Shown here one piece after another: positions 51,024 through 60,830 of a stretch of DNA of 64,000 nucleotides. The notes under the pieces are model-generated. The model saw only the letters and a list, made by a program, of their open reading frames with translations, made no database searches and was not told where the DNA came from. Source of the stretch: Candidatus Sulfopaludibacter sp. SbA3 (GTDB taxonomy: Bacteria > Acidobacteriota > Terriglobia > 20CM-2-55-15); the NCBI GenBank assembly GCA_945865815.1, contig CAMBFR010000001.1:69-64068 (forward strand). The letters run 5' to 3'. A program made the position numbers and the translations under genes. Position 1 is the first letter of the stretch. Each line of letters begins with the position of its first letter.

Positions 51024-51791
51024 TTACCTGTTTTGCACTCCGCCTGCGGGATTCCGCACCCTCTGGTTAAAGGCATCTTCAACCGAAGGCGCGCAGAGTT
51101 CCTCACGAAGCCCATACCACCCGTCGAATGTCAGTGACGCCTTTGAGGCCAGGCGGGAAACTTTCTTTTCGCTGACCCACGGCGCCGTGTACATCCTGGG
51201 ATCCGTCAGTTTCATTGTGAGTTCCAGAGTGTCACCCGCACGCCGGTATCGTTCCTCCAGACGCATTTCGCTGCTGAAAGGATTACCGAACTGATCGAGC
51301 CAGCTTCTGTCTTCAAAACCGCTGGATTCGACGACCAGCGTGTCCCCTTCCCACCTGCCGACCGAATATCCGTACCACCGGGGATCCGCGTCCTCGGGCA
51401 ATTTGCGTCCATCAGTCCATATGTCGCGCCATACGTGCGTCCACTCAAAGAACTGCACGACACGGTCGGGGAGGACGACCAATTCAAACGGTCTCGGAAA
51501 AAGGAGCAGACGAACCAAACCCAGCGGATCGCAATTGCCGACAGGATCGTTTCCCTGTGCGGGAGGAATGGCCCTGTCCCCGTAAGAGGGTTTCGTGGCG
51601 TTGAATTTCGCCTGGCCCTCGCGCGTCATCGCCGGAGCCTGATTGGTTATGGCCCGGCCACCGCCGAACTGATTCCAGACGCCATTCAGGCTGGCCGGAC
51701 CAGACTGTGGCGCAGCCTGCGCAAGAGCCATCGCCGGGAAAACCAGCACAGCCATGACTCCAAGGATCAAACTCATATACACGTATCGCAT
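51024..51791 (-). CDS. Exported hypothetical protein typical of DUF6152/TonB loci
   Basis: Signal peptide, L.GVW, DP...C.P.G, GYSVGRWEGDTLVVE and DP..YT.PW. Confidence 0.85.
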   Translation of the reverse strand: MRYVYMSLILGVMAVLVFPAMALAQAAPQSGPASLNGVWNQFGGGRAITNQAPAMTREGQAKFNATKPSYGDRAIPPAQGNDPVGNCDPLGLVRLLLFPRPFELVVLPDRVVQFFEWTHVWRDIWTDGRKLPEDADPRWYGYSVGRWEGDTLVVESSGFEDRSWLDQFGNPFSSEMRLEERYRRAGDTLELTMKLTDPRMYTAPWVSEKKVSRLASKASLTFDGWYGLREELCAPSVEDAFNQRVRNPAGGVQNR

Positions 51792-51840
51792 GGAAAAACT
51801 CCTTACCCTTGATTCGCGGCCGCTCGTTATGGGTAATCAG

Positions 51841-52236
51841 CTAGTCGTTTCTCTCTCGCGGCAGTGGCTTGCCGTTGAGGATAACGCCCTTCGACTGGTC
51901 CACAACTCCGACAGTCGCGCCGGCCTTGGAGGGGAAAACGGTGAGAGAGACCGCGTCGCCAACCTTGAACGTCCGCCTGCTCCACCCGGATCGGGCAAGG
52001 ACACCCGGACTGTTCAGTTCGCCCGCCCATTTGACGACTTTCCCGCTCGCATCCTTCACGTCAAAGTAAAGCTGCACGTGCGGATTGGACCAGGCAAATT
52101 CAGTGATGGTTCCCGTCAATGTGATCGGCTTGTCGTGATCGTATGAAATGTTGGTGCCGTGATGCGCAAGCAGGGTGCCGCAAGTCATAAGGAAGGCCAC
52201 AAGCAGCCCCAAGGACACTGATCGACTGGTTTTCAT
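51841..52236 (-). CDS. DUF6152 family protein
   Basis: AHH after the signal peptide, L.GT...W.NPH and W..E; AGGAG RBS before ATG 52236. Confidence 0.85.
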   Translation of the reverse strand: MKTSRSVSLGLLVAFLMTCGTLLAHHGTNISYDHDKPITLTGTITEFAWSNPHVQLYFDVKDASGKVVKWAGELNSPGVLARSGWSRRTFKVGDAVSLTVFPSKAGATVGVVDQSKGVILNGKPLPRERND

Positions 52237-52266
52237 TCGATTTCTCCTGAAAATTCCATTGGCCAG

Positions 52267-52296
52267 AAAATACGCCGGGCCGCTTTGTAGTGTCAA
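52267..52296 (-). promoter_or_regulatory. Sigma70 promoter for the DUF6152-TonB unit
   Basis: Minus strand reads TTGACA-18 nt-TATTTT. Confidence 0.55.
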
Positions 52297-52302
52297 CATT
52301 CA

Positions 52303-53688
52303 TCACCCAATACAGACGGTTTTGACGTTGGCGAACGATCGGATTCCCTGCACCCAGAGTTCACGGCCAAAACCCGATGCCTTGATGCCTCCGAATGGCA
52401 TCCTCGGGTCGGAGCGTGTCATCGAATTCACGAACACCATTCCCGACTCGATCTGCGAAGCAACGCGGTTGGCCCGGTCCATGTCCGCCGTCCAGAGCGA
52501 GGACCCGAGGCCAAAGCGGCTGTTATTTGCCGTGGCGATGGCCTCCGCTTCATCCTTCACCCGGATGACAGCAGCGACCGGTCCGAATGTCTCTTCGTGA
52601 AAAGCCGCGATCCCCGGCGTTACATCCGTCAGCACGGTCGGCGGATAGAAGGCGCCCGGTGACGCCGGTATGGATCCCCCTAACAAGACTTTCGCTCCGG
52701 CCTTGACCGATCGGGCAACCTGATCGTGCAACTCATCACGCAGGTCATGGCGGGCCATCGGCCCCACTTGCGTGTCTTTCTCAAGCGGATCGCCCATTTT
52801 CAGGGCCTTAATGTGAGCCGTAAACTTCTGGACGAATTCGTCGTACACGGAGTCGACGACTATAAACCGTTTGGCCGCAATGCACGATTGACCGGCGTTC
52901 TGGTTGCGTGCCCAGGCGCCCACCTTTGCAGCCTCTTCAATATTCGCGTCATCCAGGACAATGAATGGATCCGAGCCGCCAAGCTCGAGCACGCACGGTT
53001 TCAATTCGGCGCCTGCAGCCGCTGTAACCGCGCGTCCGGCCGGCTCAGATCCCGTGAGTGTAACAGCCGATACGACAGGGTGCCGGATCACGTTCGGGAC
53101 CTGGCGGGCAGTGATCTTCAGCGTCCTGAAAACATTCTTCGGCAAGCCCGCCCTGTTCAGGATTTGTTCGATCAAAATGGCGCATCCCATGACATTCGAT
53201 GCATGCTTCAGCACCATGGCGTTGCCGGCCATAATGATGGGACCGACGCATCGCAGCACCTGCCAGAAGGGAAAGTTCCAGGGCATTACGGCGAGCACAG
53301 TGCCCAGCGGCTGATAGCGAATAAGGGCCTGCTCCATCTGCAACTTTTCGTCAGCCAGGAAAGATGCCGCATGCTCGGCGTAGAAGTCGCAATTCGATGC
53401 GCACTTTTCAACTTCGGCGAGCCCCTGCGCCATGGGTTTGCCCATCTCGATCGCCATGGTCTTCGCAATTTCGTCGGCCTCCTTCCGGAGTTGAACGGCG
53501 ATCGCCCGAAAGTGCATGGATCTTTCCGGGAAGGGCACGCCCTGCCATTTCCGTTGCGCAATTCCAACATCCGCAAGAATTGCTTCGACCTCAGCGTCCG
53601 AATGGCCCAAATAAGTCGCAACTTCCTGTCCAGTTGCCGGATTGATAATTACAAAAGACGCGGCCGTTTCTTTCTGCGCGACCGTCAT
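52303..53688 (-). CDS. NAD(P)-dependent aldehyde dehydrogenase (succinate-semialdehyde dehydrogenase family)
   Basis: MPWNFP, TGSE.AG, LELGGSDP, NAGQSC.A.KR and EETFGP. Confidence 0.93.
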   Translation of the reverse strand: MTVAQKETAASFVIINPATGQEVATYLGHSDAEVEAILADVGIAQRKWQGVPFPERSMHFRAIAVQLRKEADEIAKTMAIEMGKPMAQGLAEVEKCASNCDFYAEHAASFLADEKLQMEQALIRYQPLGTVLAVMPWNFPFWQVLRCVGPIIMAGNAMVLKHASNVMGCAILIEQILNRAGLPKNVFRTLKITARQVPNVIRHPVVSAVTLTGSEPAGRAVTAAAGAELKPCVLELGGSDPFIVLDDANIEEAAKVGAWARNQNAGQSCIAAKRFIVVDSVYDEFVQKFTAHIKALKMGDPLEKDTQVGPMARHDLRDELHDQVARSVKAGAKVLLGGSIPASPGAFYPPTVLTDVTPGIAAFHEETFGPVAAVIRVKDEAEAIATANNSRFGLGSSLWTADMDRANRVASQIESGMVFVNSMTRSDPRMPFGGIKASGFGRELWVQGIRSFANVKTVCIG

Positions 53689-54911
53689 TAGTATGCCTCC
53701 TCAAGAATATTCAACAGGGCTGCCTGATCGAACTGTACCGGACTATTGTCGAGCAGGCGCTTGATGCCGGATGCAAGCTCCGCCATTTCATTCAGTTGTT
53801 CGCGCTTCATGCCGATCGCGTGAAGCCCGCGTGGGATCTGTACGCTGTCCCCAAGCCGGGCGACCAGTTCAGGAGCCTGGCGCGCGGCGTCTTCATCACT
53901 TGCCTGGTTCAGACGCGAATCCAGCGCGCGAGCGATAAATGCCATCTCCGGAACGCGCGATTGGAGTATGGCTCGCAGTACTGCCGGCATAAGGACCGCA
54001 TTGCCCAGACCATGCGACGTGTGGGTCGCCTCGCCCACCGGATACTGCAGCGCATGAACGGCGGCCGTGCCGGCGTTTGAAAACGCCATCCCCGCCGATA
54101 AACTTGCCAGCGCCATGTCCTCCCGGGCTTCTTTGTTACCCGGTTCCGAGACGGCTTTTGCAAGGGATCCGGCAATGAGTTGAATCGCCTGCTTCGCAAG
54201 ACTGTCGGAGATCGGGTTCTTTCCGACGAAGATGGCCCTCGGTGAGCGGTCAGTGGGAATTCGCGCGCAAAAGGATTCGATGGCGTGGCTCAGGGCATCC
54301 ATGCCCGAGTGGGCGGTAACGTGCGGCGGACAGGAAACAGTCAGCGACGGATCCACCAGCGCCCACTTCGGCGTGATGCGCCGGCTTGCGATGCCGACCT
54401 TCATAAAGCGGTCCGGATCGGCGACGACCGCTACCGGGCTGACTTCCGAACCCGTGCCCGACGTGGTAGGGATCGCGATCACGTCCACCACTGCTCCGGG
54501 CACGGCATTCTCGCCGTAGTACTTCTGTAGCGGCCCGGGATACCGAAGCAGAATTGCGACACATTTCCCGAGATCCAGGTTACTGCCGCCACCGACCCCG
54601 ACGATCACGTCCGGGCTGAATTGGCGAGCGGATTCCGCGGCGTCGGAAATGGTTTTGATATCGATTTCGGGACGGCCATCGGGGAAGACCAGAACTTCCG
54701 CACCACCTTCTTTCAACAGGGACTCGACTCTCTCCGCAATGCCGCTCTTAATAATGTTTCGATCGGTGCAGATCAGCGCCCGCTTCCCAATCTCCTGGCT
54801 GACATTGCGAAGTTCCTCCAGCACGCCCCAGCCAAAAAAGACACGCCCCGCCGTGGAAAAACCCCAATGGCGGTTACCTGCAGATTGTGGAATAGAGCCG
54901 CTCTGCCTCAT
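53688..54911 (-). CDS. Iron-containing alcohol dehydrogenase
   Basis: GGGSNLD.GK, PTTSGTGSEV, DALSHAIE and HA...HG; start uncertain. Confidence 0.92.
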   Translation of the reverse strand: MRQSGSIPQSAGNRHWGFSTAGRVFFGWGVLEELRNVSQEIGKRALICTDRNIIKSGIAERVESLLKEGGAEVLVFPDGRPEIDIKTISDAAESARQFSPDVIVGVGGGSNLDLGKCVAILLRYPGPLQKYYGENAVPGAVVDVIAIPTTSGTGSEVSPVAVVADPDRFMKVGIASRRITPKWALVDPSLTVSCPPHVTAHSGMDALSHAIESFCARIPTDRSPRAIFVGKNPISDSLAKQAIQLIAGSLAKAVSEPGNKEAREDMALASLSAGMAFSNAGTAAVHALQYPVGEATHTSHGLGNAVLMPAVLRAILQSRVPEMAFIARALDSRLNQASDEDAARQAPELVARLGDSVQIPRGLHAIGMKREQLNEMAELASGIKRLLDNSPVQFDQAALLNILEEAY

Positions 54912-55902
54912 GCCAGACCTCCTCGGGATGCGGAATCCCATTTACCAGGCGTTCTTCTCGCAGCTTATTCTCGGGATCACCGGGGGCAGATACCTGCTTA
55001 AAGCCCTTCCCGGGCTTCGATGCTCGTAATTCATCCAGGTAGCCCTTCACTCCCGCGACGAGCGTTTCACCGCCGGGGAATGCTTTCGGATCGAGAACGA
55101 TGAACAAGTCTCCAACCGTGCATCGATACTCGGTATCCAACGTGCCGAGAACGGCTTTCCCGATCTCTGTGCCGGGCAGCAAACCCGCGAGCATCGCTAT
55201 CGAGATGCCGAGCCCGTATCCTTTTGGACCACCTGCTGGAGTCAGCGAACCATGCAATGCCGCGTCAGGATCGGTCGTGGGATTTCCGTCTTTGTCGATC
55301 GCCCAACCTTCCGGAATCTTCTCGCCGCGGTGCTTGAAGGCGATTATTTTTCCCATGGCGCTGACCGAAGTGGCCATGTCCAACAAGAATGGCCGGGGGC
55401 TGCTGGGAATCCCGATCGCAATGGGGTTCGTTCCCACCAAAGCTTCCGATCCGCCAAAGGGATGAACGAGCACCTCGGTGGTTGTGAAAGCAATACAGAC
55501 CAGTCCTTCTAACGCACGGCGCTCGGCGTAATAGCCGACCATTCCAATATGAGCGGCGTTTCGAACGGTCAGCACCGCGACACCGTGCTTCCGCGCGGCT
55601 GGTGTGAGCTCTCTAAGGGAGGTCTCTGCGATGGCTGTGCCAAACCCATCCTTCCCATCGACATTCAACACAGAGTCCGTGGTCCATGTACGTTCGGGTA
55701 TAACGTTGACCTTCTGCAACCCTTTCTGAATGCGCGTGACCATAACAGGCAGCCGTTGCACGCCATGGGAGTGAATCCCCCTCAAGTCCGCTTCCGTCCA
55801 CACGTCCGCCTGGATGAAGCTTTCATCCTCGCTGGCACCCAAAGCACGAAGGACGGAAGTGGTGAGTTCGATTTGTTGCTTGTGAGAAACCGTTACGGAC
55901 AT
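54874..55902 (-). CDS. Ldh_2 (type 2 malate/L-lactate/sulfolactate dehydrogenase) family oxidoreductase
   Basis: ADLRG..SHG, H.G..GYY, GTNP, LDMATS and GGPKGYGL. Confidence 0.92.
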   Translation of the reverse strand: MSVTVSHKQQIELTTSVLRALGASEDESFIQADVWTEADLRGIHSHGVQRLPVMVTRIQKGLQKVNVIPERTWTTDSVLNVDGKDGFGTAIAETSLRELTPAARKHGVAVLTVRNAAHIGMVGYYAERRALEGLVCIAFTTTEVLVHPFGGSEALVGTNPIAIGIPSSPRPFLLDMATSVSAMGKIIAFKHRGEKIPEGWAIDKDGNPTTDPDAALHGSLTPAGGPKGYGLGISIAMLAGLLPGTEIGKAVLGTLDTEYRCTVGDLFIVLDPKAFPGGETLVAGVKGYLDELRASKPGKGFKQVSAPGDPENKLREERLVNGIPHPEEVWHEAERLYSTICR

Positions 55903-55948
55903 AACGATCGACTCCTTCCTTGTTTCTCTACGGTTGGAGTGAGACCTG

Positions 55949-55974
55949 CCGGGAACCCGCCAGGGGGTTCCCGG
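55949..55974. other. Intra-operon hairpin (attenuator or mRNA stabiliser) after the aldolase gene
   Basis: CCGGGAACCC-GCCAGG-GGGTTCCCGG. Confidence 0.55.
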
Positions 55975-55986
55975 TTTCTGGACGGT

Positions 55987-56832
55987 CTACATCAACGCTG
56001 TCGTACGGCGGACCCACGGCGCCTTGCCGGCTTCTTTCGAGACCTTCTCCATATCCGCAACGTATGCGGTCGACTGCGTCAGGATGTGATGCAGGTCATT
56101 TCCGATGCTGATGAGCGGGAACCCCTTGTTCAAGAATTCGCCAACTCGCGACGTTCCAAAGAGGAAGAGGCCGAGAATGACATTGTTCTTAGCTGCAGCA
56201 GCCTTTAACTTATCGGTCGCCTGCATCAACTCGGGGGACGTGTACATGTCGGGGAACTTGTACTTTTCGAAAAGGCCCATCGACATGCAGAGATCATTCT
56301 GACCGAGGAAGAGAAGATCCACGCCCTTCACCGCCGCAATCTCGTCAATGTTCTTGATGCAATCCGCAGTCTCGACCTGCAGCGCGGTGATCACATTGTC
56401 GTTGGCCGCGCCGGCATAACCCAGCAAGCCGGCCTTGTTCATACTGCGCTGCGGGAAATATACGGACCGGGTTCCGGCGGTTGGATAACGCGTACAACTC
56501 ACGGCCTGCCGGGCTTCCTCGGCAGTATTGATGTATGGCACGAGCACGCCGTCCGCGCCCATATCGAGCGACTGCTGAATACCCGAACGGTCGCTATAAC
56601 CACCAACTCGTACAAGCGACTTGGCGCCTCCGCTCGAAATGCCAGCCAGCATTGTTGACAGAGTTTCATTGCTCATCGGCCCATGCTGGGTATCAACCAG
56701 CAGCCAATCCAGGCCGCTGTGCGCCAACTGCTCTGCAACAGTTGAACTGTGCGAATTCAGAAACAAGCCCATCTTCGGGGTTCCCGCACGCAACTGCTTC
56801 TTAAACTCGGCTCCGCTTAAAGTCTCACTCAT
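55987..56832 (-). CDS. HpcH/HpaI class II pyruvate aldolase family protein
   Basis: DWLLVDTQHG, LVRV, LDMGADGVLVP, QVET and LFLG.NDL. Confidence 0.92.
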   Translation of the reverse strand: MSETLSGAEFKKQLRAGTPKMGLFLNSHSSTVAEQLAHSGLDWLLVDTQHGPMSNETLSTMLAGISSGGAKSLVRVGGYSDRSGIQQSLDMGADGVLVPYINTAEEARQAVSCTRYPTAGTRSVYFPQRSMNKAGLLGYAGAANDNVITALQVETADCIKNIDEIAAVKGVDLLFLGQNDLCMSMGLFEKYKFPDMYTSPELMQATDKLKAAAAKNNVILGLFLFGTSRVGEFLNKGFPLISIGNDLHHILTQSTAYVADMEKVSKEAGKAPWVRRTTALM

Positions 56833-57179
56833 TTAATTCTTCTCCTGTGCTTCTCGTTAAATTGAATTCCTGCCGAAAAAAGACCGTCTTCCCACCCATC
56901 GGCATACGACGCGTCTGCAACCGGACCTTTTTTTTTGGCACGCAACTCTACCTCATTTATGGAATTCATGAAAGTGGGAGGTTTCTTTCGGGTAGTGTCT
57001 ATCGGGCGTCTACGCTTTCCGATGAATCGCACCCTTATTCAACGCATTTGTGTAGCCGGTTACCCAATCCCCGGAACATGGCCATAGTAGTTTCAGCAAC
57101 TTACTGTTCACAACAAATTGGACAGCCGCGTGCAAAAGAAAGATACGTGCGATCGAAGGCAAACCGAACGGAGGAAGTA

Positions 57180-57437
57180 GTGGATTCCAGACAGGCACAA
57201 CCCGGAACACACATAATGTTCTTCAGCCTCCTCGGCGGTGTGACCGAACTGAAAAAAATCGGTTGCTCCATGGGCCAGGCAGACCATTACATTCTGCGTC
57301 ATCATGCCAAATCGCAGACACCAGCCGAAATCATAAAAATTGGATCGGTCATGGACTCAATGTCGTGGACAGGCTTTCGTTATCAGGACGATCACTTCAG
57401 CTTCGTCAAGGGAACACATTCAGTCCGGTTTGACTAG
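57180..57437 (+). CDS. Small hypothetical protein (85 aa)
   Basis: GGAGG RBS before GTG 57180; no recognisable motif. Confidence 0.4.
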   Translation: MDSRQAQPGTHIMFFSLLGGVTELKKIGCSMGQADHYILRHHAKSQTPAEIIKIGSVMDSMSWTGFRYQDDHFSFVKGTHSVRFD

Positions 57438-57460
57438 CACTCATAGATCGAGTTGCTGCT

Positions 57461-57620
57461 GTAGCCAGGGACGGCCGTCAGTTGCTCTTGGACCAGGACG
57501 GCAGCGGAGGGAAGGATACCGGAGGTCAAGGACGCCTCATCGCAACCAGAAGTAGCCGACGGACAGGCAAAACGGCAAAGCGCCTCACCGCTCAGGACGA
57601 GTTGTGAGGCGTTGTTATTT
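57461..57620 (+). ncRNA. Candidate CsrB/RsmZ-like GGA-rich small RNA
   Basis: Ten GGA motifs in 57469-57597, several in short hairpin loops, closed by a CGCCTCAC/GTGAGGCG hairpin with a T-rich tail. Confidence 0.6.
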
Positions 57621-57640
57621 ATGGGGTCAATTCCCGCTTC

Positions 57641-58336
57641 TCATTTCAGGGACTCCATCATCGCCTCCAATGCCTTTCGCGGACTCGGATCCTCTGTCAC
57701 TGCACGGCCAACCACAATGAAGTCCGCACCAGCCTCGATGGCGGAGCGCGGCGTAGCTATGCGCTGCTGATCATGAATGGACTGCTCCGGCATGCGGATT
57801 CCGGGCGTGACGATTCGAAAATCCGGCTTCACGGCCTTCCGGAGTAGTTGAATCTCCTGCGGCGAACAGACTACCCCGTCAATGCCGCAATCCTGGGCAA
57901 GCAGGGCCAGACGCCGCACTTGACTCTCGACAGCGTCCGGCACGCCGACCTCTCGGAGCGTGGGTTCGTCGATGCTCGTCAAGACCGTGACCGCCACAAC
58001 GACAGGCCTCGAACCCCCGGAATTTTCCTGCAGGCCGCGCGCAACGGTCTCCATCATATTCCGGCCGCCGCTTGCGTGGATTGTCATCATCGAAACGCCC
58101 CGCTTTGCCGCCTCGATGGCCGCCTGCTTAACCGTATTTGGAATATCGTGAAACTTGAGATCCAGGAAGACTTTGCCCCCATTGTCGATAATCTCCTTCA
58201 CAATTGCGGGGCCGGCAGCCATATATAACTGGCTGCCCACTTTGAACATCCCTGTGAGGGATTTCAATTCCCTGACGAGATTCAGCGCCTGATCCCGGGA
58301 ACTGACGTCCAGGGCGATGAGAATTCGCTCCTTCAT
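57641..58336 (-). CDS. pyrF: Orotidine-5'-phosphate decarboxylase
   Basis: FLDLKFHDIPNTV, VTVLTS, TPGIR and VVGR. Confidence 0.96.
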   Translation of the reverse strand: MKERILIALDVSSRDQALNLVRELKSLTGMFKVGSQLYMAAGPAIVKEIIDNGGKVFLDLKFHDIPNTVKQAAIEAAKRGVSMMTIHASGGRNMMETVARGLQENSGGSRPVVVAVTVLTSIDEPTLREVGVPDAVESQVRRLALLAQDCGIDGVVCSPQEIQLLRKAVKPDFRIVTPGIRMPEQSIHDQQRIATPRSAIEAGADFIVVGRAVTEDPSPRKALEAMMESLK

Positions 58337-58385
58337 TTCCTTGATGGCCGCGCCCAATCGGGCATGCATTCGCGTCCGCTCATTT

Positions 58386-59309
58386 CTATGATGGCTTCAT
58401 CTTTCCGATAAGACCTGTTACCGAGCTCAGGCCACGCCTGGCCAGAAGCCTCTCGAGGCCTTCGAGGACGTGGAGCGGCGCGCGCGGATCGTAGAAATTC
58501 GCGGTGCCGACCTGAATCGCGGAAGCACCAGCAAGCAGGTACTCGGCCGCATCCTCTGCCTCCACGATGCCCCCCAGCCCGATAACCGGAATCTTCACTC
58601 CGCGAACACATTGATAAACCATGCGCAACGTAATTGGGCGGATGGCTGGTCCCGACAGCCCTCCGGTCACTGTATATATCCGCGGCTTGAATGTCTCGGT
58701 ATCGATAGCCATCGCGAGATACGTATTGGCTACGGTCAAGGCATCGGCCCCGCCGGCTTCCGCGGCGCGAGCAAGTTCCACGATGTCGGTAACATTTGGC
58801 GAGAGTTTAACGATCACAGGGCGCATCGACCTGTCTTTCAGCCTTCTCGTAAGGGCTTGAGTCGCTGCCGCGCTCGTTCCGAATACCATTCCACCATGTT
58901 TGGTGTTGGGGCAGGAAATGTTCAGCTCATATGCTGCGATGCCGGCACACGCATTCAGCTTCTCGATTACTTCCAGGTATTCGTCTTCGCTGAATCCAAA
59001 CACATTCACGAAGACCGCCAGGCCCATGTTGCGAAGAAACGGCATTTTATCGCGGATGAACGCATCGACTCCGACGTTCTCCAGGCCGATCGAATTGAGC
59101 ATTCCGGAGGCGGTTGGAAAAAGCCGGGGTGGCAGGTTGCCTTCGATGGGTTGGGCTGACGTTCCCTTTACGGCGATGGCGCCGATTCGCCGCAGGTCGA
59201 CGAATCGTTCAAACTCTTCTCCATATCCGAAGGTGCCACTCGCGGCAATTACAGGATTGCGAAGGTGGATTCCCGCTAGTTCTATGGAGAGGTCGGGAAC
59301 CTGACTCAT
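58386..59309 (-). CDS. pyrD: Dihydroorotate dehydrogenase (family 1)
   Basis: ASGTFGYG, MLNSIGLEN.G, ELNISCPN, KLSPNV and GGLSGPAI. Confidence 0.94.
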   Translation of the reverse strand: MSQVPDLSIELAGIHLRNPVIAASGTFGYGEEFERFVDLRRIGAIAVKGTSAQPIEGNLPPRLFPTASGMLNSIGLENVGVDAFIRDKMPFLRNMGLAVFVNVFGFSEDEYLEVIEKLNACAGIAAYELNISCPNTKHGGMVFGTSAAATQALTRRLKDRSMRPVIVKLSPNVTDIVELARAAEAGGADALTVANTYLAMAIDTETFKPRIYTVTGGLSGPAIRPITLRMVYQCVRGVKIPVIGLGGIVEAEDAAEYLLAGASAIQVGTANFYDPRAPLHVLEGLERLLARRGLSSVTGLIGKMKPS

Positions 59310-59343
59310 ATCCGGACGAACATAGCATATAATTTCCGCCGCA

Positions 59344-59886
59344 ATGACATTGAAGCTCAACTATCAACTGATGACGACCCAGGACGTGCGCGGCACGCTG
59401 GACCGTTTGACTGACGAAATCCTGCACGCGAATGAAGGGCGCCCCGTGGTACTCCTCGGCATCCAGAGGCGCGGGGTTCCGATGGCGCAGCGCATGGCCG
59501 AAATGATTGCGAAAAAGACGGGAAAGCATCCTCAGATTGGAACGCTCGACATTAACCTGTATCGGGACGACCTGACGCGAGTCGCTTTCCAGCCCGTCGT
59601 ACGCAAGACTGATCTTCCCCAGGATATCGATGACAAAGACGTCATTCTGGTGGATGACGTACTCTATACAGGCCGCACCATACGCGCGGCCCTCGATGCG
59701 CTCTGTGATTTTGGACGAATGCGCACGATTCAACTGGCGGTCTTCATCGATCGTGGCCATCGCGAATTGCCGATCGAGGCCAATTTCATCGGCAAGAAAA
59801 TCTCAACTAAGGACAATGAAGTCGTTGAGGTAAAACTGATGGAAATCGATGGCGAAGACGCGATCTACGTAATGGAAAAAGCCTAG
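59344..59886 (+). CDS. pyrR: PyrR regulator / uracil phosphoribosyltransferase
   Basis: [21 protein letters not shown] and DRGHRELPI. Confidence 0.95.
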   Translation: MTLKLNYQLMTTQDVRGTLDRLTDEILHANEGRPVVLLGIQRRGVPMAQRMAEMIAKKTGKHPQIGTLDINLYRDDLTRVAFQPVVRKTDLPQDIDDKDVILVDDVLYTGRTIRAALDALCDFGRMRTIQLAVFIDRGHRELPIEANFIGKKISTKDNEVVEVKLMEIDGEDAIYVMEKA

Positions 59887-59897
59887 AAATATCCCTC

Positions 59898-60830
59898 ATG
59901 CTCAAGCGCAAGGACCTGCTGGGAATCCAGGAACTGGGCTGCGACGAAATCCTGGAGATACTCGACACCGCGGAATCGCTACAGGAAATCTCTTCGCGTC
60001 CCATCAAGAAAGTCCCCACGCTGCGTGGGAAGACGGTGATCAACCTCTTCTTCGAAGCCTCCACGCGCACTCGGACGTCATTCGAGATCGCCGGAAAAAG
60101 GCTGTCGGCCGATGTCGTCAATATTTCGGCTTCGACAAGCAGCGTCTCCAAGGGCGAAACGCTGATCGATACAGCCAGAACCCTGGATGCCATGGCAGCA
60201 GACTGTGTCGTAATCCGGCACTCTTCATCAGGCGCACCGGCCACGATTGCAAGAATGACAAAAGCTGCAGTCATCAATGGCGGAGACGGCGCCCACGAGC
60301 ACCCGACCCAGGCGCTGTTGGACGCGCTCACCATCCGGCAGCGCAAAGGTCACCTCGACGGTTTGAAAGTCGCAATCGTCGGAGATATCACTCACAGCCG
60401 CGTGGCTCGATCCAACATTCACCTTTTGACAAAATTCGGATCGCACGTGTGGCTGTGTTCGGCGCCGACGCTAATGCCTGTCGGCGTCGAACAAATGATC
60501 TGCGACAACAGCCAGTTCCTGCACACGACGAACTCAATTGACGAAGCGGTGGCTGATGCAGACGTCATCATGATGCTGCGTGTGCAGTTCGAGCGCATGA
60601 GCGAGTCGTTCTTTCCATCGGTCCGCGAGTACTTCCACTACTTCGGACTGAGCAGGGCCCGCGTCCATCTGGCAAAACAGGATGTAATCATCATGCATCC
60701 CGGCCCGATGAACCGCGGAGTGGAGATCTCCAGCGAGGTGGCGGACGGTCCTTATTCGGTAATCTTTGACCAGGTTTCCGCAGGCGTCGCGGTTCGAATG
60801 TCGGTTCTCTATCTCATGCTGGGGGCGTAA
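59898..60830 (+). CDS. pyrB: Aspartate carbamoyltransferase catalytic subunit
   Basis: [17 protein letters not shown] and HPGPMNRG. Confidence 0.97.
   Translation: MLKRKDLLGIQELGCDEILEILDTAESLQEISSRPIKKVPTLRGKTVINLFFEASTRTRTSFEIAGKRLSADVVNISASTSSVSKGETLIDTARTLDAMAADCVVIRHSSSGAPATIARMTKAAVINGGDGAHEHPTQALLDALTIRQRKGHLDGLKVAIVGDITHSRVARSNIHLLTKFGSHVWLCSAPTLMPVGVEQMICDNSQFLHTTNSIDEAVADADVIMMLRVQFERMSESFFPSVREYFHYFGLSRARVHLAKQDVIIMHPGPMNRGVEISSEVADGPYSVIFDQVSAGVAVRMSVLYLMLGA

Noticed and set aside
56930-56952. TGGCACG as a sigma54 promoter
   Set aside because: The -12 position reads TCTA instead of TTGC.
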